Made by a program: the position numbers and the translations under genes
Part shown: piece by piece, positions 56,399-61,635 of the stretch
Layout of the letters: every line of letters starts with the position of its first letter
Numbering within the stretch: position 1 is the stretch's first letter
Source: Pseudomonadota bacterium
Lineage (GTDB): Bacteria > Myxococcota_A > UBA9160 > PR03
Direction: 5' to 3'
DNA: 61,635 nucleotides
Assembly: GCA_003576805.1 (NCBI GenBank)
Contig: QEVM01000004.1
Coordinates: 1 to 61,635, forward strand
The notes under the pieces: model-generated
Databases searched by the model: none
What the model was told of the DNA's origin: nothing
What the model saw: the letters and a program-made list of their open reading frames with translations, nothing else

Positions 56399-56439
56399 TC
56401 AAAAAACCCGGCCCGCGGTGCGCGTGGCACCGCGGGCCG
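56399..56439 (-). terminator. rho-independent terminator of the 56462..59857 gene
   Basis: 12-bp GC stem (GGCCCGCGGTGC / GCACCGCGGGCC) with a 5-nt loop, followed on the minus strand by TTTTTT. It lies about 25 nt downstream of the stop. Confidence 0.65.
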
Positions 56440-56461
56440 ATCGTTGCTCCGGTCTCCGCTG

Positions 56462-59400
56462 CTAGGCGATCAGCAGCCGCAGCCTCCGCACGCCGAGGAG
56501 GCCGAGGAGCAGGAAGGGCTCGACGCCGGTCAGACCGCACGAGCTGGACTGCGCGACGATCTGCACCGATACGTTCTCCTGCGACTCGCAGCCTTCCGGG
56601 TTGACCACGCGCACCGGGTGCGAGCCGACCGAGAGGGACGGCCCGGTCGGGAGCTGCGCGATCCAGTAGCCCTCCACGAGCTGCGGCGTGATCTGGACGT
56701 TGGACACCCAGAGCTCGACGTTCGGCCCGAAGCCGGTGCCGTTGAGCTGGATGTTCTGGCCCTTCTTGGCCGACGCCGGCGCGATGCTGGTCAGCGTGGT
56801 GGTGACGCCGACGCACAGGTCGTCGCAGACGTTGCCGACGCCGTCGGCGTCGGTGTCGGTCTGGTCGGCGTTCGCCTTCGCGGCGCAGCTGTCGCACGCG
56901 TCGCCGACGCCGTCGACGTCCACGTCGGCCTGGCCGACGTTCGGGACGTCGACGCAGTTGTCGACGCCGTCGAGCACGCCGTCGCGGTCGCGCTCGATGC
57001 CGGCGCGCTGGCCGGCGCCGGGCGTCGCGCAGGTGTAGGTCAGCTCCTGGCCGGGCGTCGCCGCCAGCGAGCGCAGCGCGGCGTCGCTCACGTTGGCGCC
57101 GCCGTCGTCGGGCCGGAAGCTGCCGAGGCCGGGCTCGTAGACCCAGCCCTTGTCGGCGCCGCCGATCGCGCCCTTCACGACGAGGTCGCACTCGTTCTGG
57201 CCGGCGCCGAGCACCTGCGACGTGAACGGCGTGCCGGCGCGGGCGATCATCGTGTTGATGCGGGCGCCGACGACTCCCGCGTTGGTGCTCGTCAGCGTCA
57301 CCTGCTGGCCGACGATCGGCGCGAGGTCGCTGTCGAAGGCGAGCATGAACTGCTCGACGTCGCGGCGCACGCCGTTGCCGTTGGTGCTCGACGGGAAGCC
57401 CACCGTGCCGAGCCCGAGCGGGTTCGCCTGGTTGAACACCGTCGCCTGGAAGAAGTGGAAGACGGTGTCGGTGCTGCCGTCGTGCAGGAAGCCGAAGCCG
57501 CGCACCTGGTCGCCCTGGTGCGGCATGTTGATCGCGTTGTTGAACGCGACGTCCGGCATGCCGAACATGCCGACCTTCTGATAGAGATTGCGCAGGTGCG
57601 CGATCTTCATGATCTGCGACTCGTTCTCGAAGCTCGCCTGGCCGTCGGTTCCGAAGAAGCCCTGCGACGCGTTGAGACCGTGGCAGCCCTGGCAGGTGAA
57701 GCCGAAGTTGTTGACGTTGACGCCGTCGGAGCGCCGGCCGTTGACGTTGCCGCCGCCGACGCCCGTGTTGGCCGGGTTCGGACCGCCCGCCGTGAAGTTG
57801 TTGCCCAGGAAGAAGTTGCGGCCGTTGGCCTGCGCCGGCGTCAGCGTGTTGTCGATGTTGCGCACCGGGTTCGGCGGCAGGATCACGTCGAGCGTGAAGT
57901 CGCTGAACGACTGCATGTCGGTGTTCGCGAGCAGCGACGAGCGGCCGACGAGGCCCGGGAACGCGACGATGAAGTTGCGGAACGAGAGGTCCTCGTTCGT
58001 CGCCGACTGCCCGAAGAAGCCGTTCGAGCGGTCTCCGCGCCAGTGCATCGGGCCCGAGTTCTTCATGCCGCGCAGCGTCTGCGTCGTCATCGGGCCCTTG
58101 AGGGCGCTGAACTCGGCCACGTTGCCGGTGCCGTTGATGTCGCCGCCCGCGCCGATCGAGAGCCGGATCGGCATCGGGTTGCTGGTGGCCTCGTCGTCGG
58201 GATTGCCGAGGTCCCAGGCGATCTGGTCCATGTCGCCGAAGATGTGGCAGGACGAGCACGAGGCCTCGCCGTTGCTCGACGTCTCGACGGCGTCGTAGAG
58301 GAAGCGGCGGCCGGTCACGACGTGCGCCGGCTCCGGGTTGAAGAGCGCGACGTGCGCGATCTCGCTGCTGGTGCCCAGGTCGATCACCGACACCGCGTTG
58401 TCGAAGCGCGTCAGCACGTAGAGGCGGTCGCGCGCCTCGTCGAGGACGAGGCCGCCGGGACCGCCGCCCGTCACGTCGAGGTACTGCGCGCTCTGCAGCG
58501 TCGGGTCGAAGCTGTCGTTCTCGAGCGTGGCCGTGTCGAACACGCCCACCCGCGAGGAGCCGAACGCCGCCACGTAGAGCTTGGTGCCGTCCGAGGACAC
58601 GACCATCTCGACCGGCGTCGCGAGGCTGTGGTCCGCGGTGCCCGCGGGCGCCGGCAGCACCGAGTAGTCGATGTGCTTGTTGAGGTGGCGCGGCAGCACG
58701 TTGGCGCCGTCGAGCACCGTGATGCGCGACTGCGCGAGGTTGCCCTGCACGGTCGCCGGCTCGCCCACCGGCTTGAAGCCGTTGTTGGTCACGTAGGTGC
58801 CGGGACCCTCGAAGCGCACCTCGTTCTTCGCCTCGGTGTTCGAGACGTAGACCTTCCCGGTCACCGGGTTGGTCGCGACGTTGAAGAGCGTCGTGCCGAC
58901 GCCGCTCCAGGCGCCCGTCTCGATCAGCGTGCTGGCGTCGATCGAGAAGACGTCGTAGTCGGGCAGGTTGAAGCGAACGGCCTGGCTCCAGTCGCGGCCG
59001 CGCTCGTCCTCCCACTTCGAATTCGAGTCGTTGAACTTGACGATGATGCCGACCTCGGGCGCCTGGTTGCCCACGTGGTCGGTGGACGGCGGCAGCACGC
59101 CGCCCGGCGTCTGCAGGCCCTGCGAGTTGGTGCAGGGCGCGTTGATGTTGAAGCCGTTGCAGACCATGCCTTCGCTGACGGTCGTGGTCTTGTTGCCCGA
59201 CGCGAAGATGGCGGCGTAGACGGTGTTGCCGTCGGGGCTGACGGCGAGGCCGCGCGGGGTGTCGCCGAAGAGCGTCACGATGCGCAGCGGGACGCCGCCG
59301 ATCGCGGCGCCGAGGTTGGTCGCGTCGAACACCCAGACGTCGGCGCGGCCGACGCCCGAGGTCGTGAGCTGCGGGTCGCCGGCGCCCGGCACGCCGGCGA

Positions 59401-59857
59401 GCGACGCGTCGTTGCGGTGCTGGCCGCGGTGCGCGGTCGTGACGAAGGCGCGCGTGCCGCCCGGCCCGGCGAACACCAGGTCGCGCGGCTCGTCGCCGAC
59501 CAGGAGCGTGCGGACGACGCGGGGCGGATTGGCCGCGACGTCGACGATGCTGACGCTGTCGGAGAGGTGGTTCACCACCCACACTTCCGAGTTGGTTCGC
59601 GCGACGGCGGTCACCGGCTCGAGGCCGACCGCCACCGATCCCACCTTCGCGATGCCGCCGGCGCCGATCTGGAAGATCTCCAGTCGCGCATCGGGCGTGT
59701 TCACCGCGAAGAGTCGCGTCCCGTCGGGGGACATCGACAACGGTCGGACCGGCCCCGACTCGAACTCGATGAAGTCCGCGGCTCGCGCCGGCATCGCGAG
59801 CGTGGCGATGGTCAGACCGACCGCCAGACAGACGGGAAGCAACCGCACCCTCGGCAT
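56462..59857 (-). CDS. 1131-aa exported fusion: YVTN-type beta-propeller, CCP/MauG-like di-heme domain, TSP3-like Asp repeats, IPT/TIG-like domain, Cys-type C-terminal signal
   Basis: Signal peptide ...ATLAMPARA. SPDG..(L/V)(F/Y)(A/V) propeller units. FLYDAVETSSNGEASCSSCH (58244..58258) and FGFTCQGCH (57680..57694), with HLRNLYQ and GFLHDGSTDT resembling bacterial cytochrome c peroxidases. DGVDNC...DVDGVGDACD...DTDADGVGNVCD. C-terminus SSSCGLTGVEPFLLLGLLGVRRLRLLIA. Confidence 0.85.
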   Translation of the reverse strand: MPRVRLLPVCLAVGLTIATLAMPARAADFIEFESGPVRPLSMSPDGTRLFAVNTPDARLEIFQIGAGGIAKVGSVAVGLEPVTAVARTNSEVWVVNHLSDSVSIVDVAANPPRVVRTLLVGDEPRDLVFAGPGGTRAFVTTAHRGQHRNDASLAGVPGAGDPQLTTSGVGRADVWVFDATNLGAAIGGVPLRIVTLFGDTPRGLAVSPDGNTVYAAIFASGNKTTTVSEGMVCNGFNINAPCTNSQGLQTPGGVLPPSTDHVGNQAPEVGIIVKFNDSNSKWEDERGRDWSQAVRFNLPDYDVFSIDASTLIETGAWSGVGTTLFNVATNPVTGKVYVSNTEAKNEVRFEGPGTYVTNNGFKPVGEPATVQGNLAQSRITVLDGANVLPRHLNKHIDYSVLPAPAGTADHSLATPVEMVVSSDGTKLYVAAFGSSRVGVFDTATLENDSFDPTLQSAQYLDVTGGGPGGLVLDEARDRLYVLTRFDNAVSVIDLGTSSEIAHVALFNPEPAHVVTGRRFLYDAVETSSNGEASCSSCHIFGDMDQIAWDLGNPDDEATSNPMPIRLSIGAGGDINGTGNVAEFSALKGPMTTQTLRGMKNSGPMHWRGDRSNGFFGQSATNEDLSFRNFIVAFPGLVGRSSLLANTDMQSFSDFTLDVILPPNPVRNIDNTLTPAQANGRNFFLGNNFTAGGPNPANTGVGGGNVNGRRSDGVNVNNFGFTCQGCHGLNASQGFFGTDGQASFENESQIMKIAHLRNLYQKVGMFGMPDVAFNNAINMPHQGDQVRGFGFLHDGSTDTVFHFFQATVFNQANPLGLGTVGFPSSTNGNGVRRDVEQFMLAFDSDLAPIVGQQVTLTSTNAGVVGARINTMIARAGTPFTSQVLGAGQNECDLVVKGAIGGADKGWVYEPGLGSFRPDDGGANVSDAALRSLAATPGQELTYTCATPGAGQRAGIERDRDGVLDGVDNCVDVPNVGQADVDVDGVGDACDSCAAKANADQTDTDADGVGNVCDDLCVGVTTTLTSIAPASAKKGQNIQLNGTGFGPNVELWVSNVQITPQLVEGYWIAQLPTGPSLSVGSHPVRVVNPEGCESQENVSVQIVAQSSSCGLTGVEPFLLLGLLGVRRLRLLIA
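56465..56548 (-). other. variant Cys-containing / PEP-like C-terminal sorting signal
   Basis: SSSCGLTGVEPFLLLGLLGVRRLR combines the SSCGL of the other two proteins with a VEP-hydrophobic-basic layout like PEP-CTERM. Confidence 0.5.
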
Positions 59858-60145
59858 CCAAGTCTCCTACGCATCGAAGCGACAGCGTGATGAGCACACG
59901 AAAGCCGCCGTGGCGGCACCCGGCCCCGGCGGCTTTTACCCAGCGGTCGGCATCATGGCAGCGATGCGCTCGCAGGTGCAAACAAAAAAGTCCCCGCGCG
60001 GGACGGGCGCCCGAGGCATTTTCCGAAATCCCCGTGGGGCGTGCGATGTCCCGGGTTTACGATACGCCCCGTCTCGTTTAACGTCGGCCGTCGCCGGCCG
60101 GGGTCGGTCGGCGACGGCACCAACCTCCGATCGAGCCCGCCCGCC

Positions 60146-61309
60146 ATGGACCTCGTCTACACCTCCGAGCAGGACGCCTTCCGCGCCGAGGCGCGCGCAT
60201 GGCTCGAGGCGAACGTGCCCCACGGGCCGCTGCGCTCGTTCGACACGGCGGACGGCGCCCGCGACCACCGCGCCTGGGAGCGGCGCCTCCACGCCGGCGG
60301 CTGGGCGATGGTGCCCTGGCCCGTCGAGTACGGCGGCCGCGGCGCCAACCTCCTCGAGTGGCTGATCTTCGAGGAGGAGTACTACCGCGCCGGCGCGCCC
60401 AAGCGGATCAACCAGAACGGCATCTTCCTGCTCGGGCCGACCATCATGGAGTTCGGCACGCCCGAGCAGAAGGCGCGCTTCCTGCCCAAGATCGCGTCGA
60501 GCGAGGAGGTCTGGGCGCAGGGCTGGTCGGAGCCGAACGCGGGCTCCGACATGGCGGCGATCACGTCGAGCGCGCGCCTCGACGGCGATTCCTACGTGCT
60601 GCGCGGGCAGAAGACCTGGGCGTCGCGCGGCGCGTTCGCCGACTGGCTCTTCGGCCTGTTCCGCACCGACCCGGCCAGCGAGCGTCACAAAGGCCTCACC
60701 TTCCTGCTCGTGCCGCTCGCGACGCCGGGCGTCACCGTGCGCCCGATCGCGCAGCTCGACGGCGAGACCGGCTTCGCGGAGGTCTTCTTCGACGACGCGC
60801 GCGTGCCGGTCGCGAATCGCCTCGGCGGCGAGAACAAGGGCTGGAACGTCGCGATGGCGACCGCCGGCTTCGAGCGCGGCCTGATGCTGCGCAGCCCGGC
60901 GCGCTTCCAGTCCACCGCCCGCAAGCTCGTCGAGCTCTACCGCGCCAACGCGGCGACGGCGCCGCGCGGCGCCCGCGAGGAGGTCGTGCGCTGCTGGATG
61001 GACGCCGAGGCCTACACGCTCGACACGTACCGCACGGTGTCGCGGCTGCTGGCGGGCGGAAAGATCGGCTTCGAGGCGAGCCTCAACAAGATCTTCTGGT
61101 CGGAGCTCGACGTGCGCATGCACGAGACGGCGCTCCGCATCCTCGGCCACCGCGGCGACCTCCAGCCGGAGGCGCCGGCTGCGCAAGGCGTCGGCGACTG
61201 GCTCGACGGCTGGCTGTTCTCGCTCTCGGGTCCGATCTACGCGGGCACCAACGAGATCCAACGCAACGTGATCGCCGAGCGCATCCTCGGCCTGCCGCGG
61301 AGCTTCTGA
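60146..61309 (+). CDS. acyl-CoA dehydrogenase family protein
   Basis: GWSEPNAGSD, GQKTW(A)S and the C-terminal YAGTNEIQRNVIAERILGLP are ACAD hallmarks. The ATG is at 60146. Confidence 0.9.
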   Translation: MDLVYTSEQDAFRAEARAWLEANVPHGPLRSFDTADGARDHRAWERRLHAGGWAMVPWPVEYGGRGANLLEWLIFEEEYYRAGAPKRINQNGIFLLGPTIMEFGTPEQKARFLPKIASSEEVWAQGWSEPNAGSDMAAITSSARLDGDSYVLRGQKTWASRGAFADWLFGLFRTDPASERHKGLTFLLVPLATPGVTVRPIAQLDGETGFAEVFFDDARVPVANRLGGENKGWNVAMATAGFERGLMLRSPARFQSTARKLVELYRANAATAPRGAREEVVRCWMDAEAYTLDTYRTVSRLLAGGKIGFEASLNKIFWSELDVRMHETALRILGHRGDLQPEAPAAQGVGDWLDGWLFSLSGPIYAGTNEIQRNVIAERILGLPRSF

Positions 61310-61635
61310 TGCGCTTCGCCTTCGGCGACGACCCGCTGCTGCTCGCGAGCACGCTGCGCGACTTCCTGGCGAAGGAGTGCGCACCCGCGGCCGTCCGCGA
61401 GATCTGGGACAGCGAGAGCGGTCACGAGGCCGCGCTGTGGCGCAAGCTCGCCGAGCTCGGCGTGCCGGGCGCGCTCGTGCCCGACGCGCACGGCGGGCTC
61501 GCGCTCGACGAGCGCGATCTCGTGCTGCTGCTCGAGGAGACGGGCCGCGCGGCGCTGCCCGCGCCGGTCGTGCAGACCGCCGCGGTCGGCGCGCCGCTGC
61601 TGCGCGACTGCGGCCACGCCGCGCTCGCCGCCGAG
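61309..61635 (+). CDS. acyl-CoA dehydrogenase family protein, N-terminal part (runs off the window)
   Basis: Its ATG overlaps the upstream TGA (TGATG). LRDFLAKECAPAAVRE...LWRKLAELGVPGALVPDAHGG is a typical ACAD N-terminal domain. Confidence 0.75.
   Translation, partial: MRFAFGDDPLLLASTLRDFLAKECAPAAVREIWDSESGHEAALWRKLAELGVPGALVPDAHGGLALDERDLVLLLEETGRAALPAPVVQTAAVGAPLLRDCGHAALAAE

Noticed and set aside
59901-59936. Calling the AAAGCCGCCG...CGGCGGCTTTT hairpin a plus-strand rho-independent terminator.
   Set aside because: No plus-strand gene ends upstream of it. It sits between two divergently transcribed starts. I report it only as part of a structured leader or intergenic region.

Overview
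Very GC-rich bacterial chromosomal window (roughly 70% GC or more by eye, not computed). It is densely packed with about 55 supportable CDS. I found no rRNA, tRNA, CRISPR array, transposase, integrase or prophage genes. Because of the GC content the six-frame track is full of long Arg/Ala-rich shadow ORFs. I called genes only where the translation has normal composition, recognisable family motifs and a plausible start/RBS.

Content is mostly accessory catabolism:
- DUF1214/DUF1254 proteins, a dienelactone hydrolase and a sulfotransferase.
- An F420/LLM oxidoreductase and a fused indolepyruvate:ferredoxin oxidoreductase.
- A TetR plus twin P450 unit.
- A TetR-controlled flavin monooxygenase / extradiol dioxygenase / SDR operon.
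- An ABC exporter overlapping a GH1-like gene.
- A DUF35 / SCP-x thiolase / SnoaL / KAS III / CaiB operon.
- GH15 and two acyl-CoA ligases.
- A complete XoxF-type (Asp-Tyr-Asp, lanthanide-signature) PQQ dehydrogenase cluster with cytochrome c, a GlcG-like protein, XoxJ and a YVTN propeller.
- An ipdA-ipdB-ipdC-echA20-like four-gene set plus a paired acyl-CoA dehydrogenase, which together resemble steroid C/D-ring catabolism.

The least explained biology is a set of large exported proteins at 5.4, 38.9-42.6, 52.9-54.1 and 56.5-59.9 kb. They combine HAF repeats, Cys-bracketed DNDGDG acidic repeats, TSP3-like repeats, a propeller fused to a di-heme peroxidase-like domain, and C-terminal tripartite sorting signals. 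One protein has a canonical PEP-CTERM. Three share a Cys-containing variant (SSCG[LF]..E, then a hydrophobic helix, then an Arg cluster). No sortase-type processing enzyme is in the window. One of these genes carries a single in-frame TAG just after its signal peptide.

A dispersed REP-like repeat family occurs at three intergenic loci, including a roughly 94-bp tandem array that mimics a CRISPR. The gene repertoire resembles uncultured high-GC Deltaproteobacteria-like, Binatota-like or myxobacterial lineages, but that taxonomic guess is inference only.
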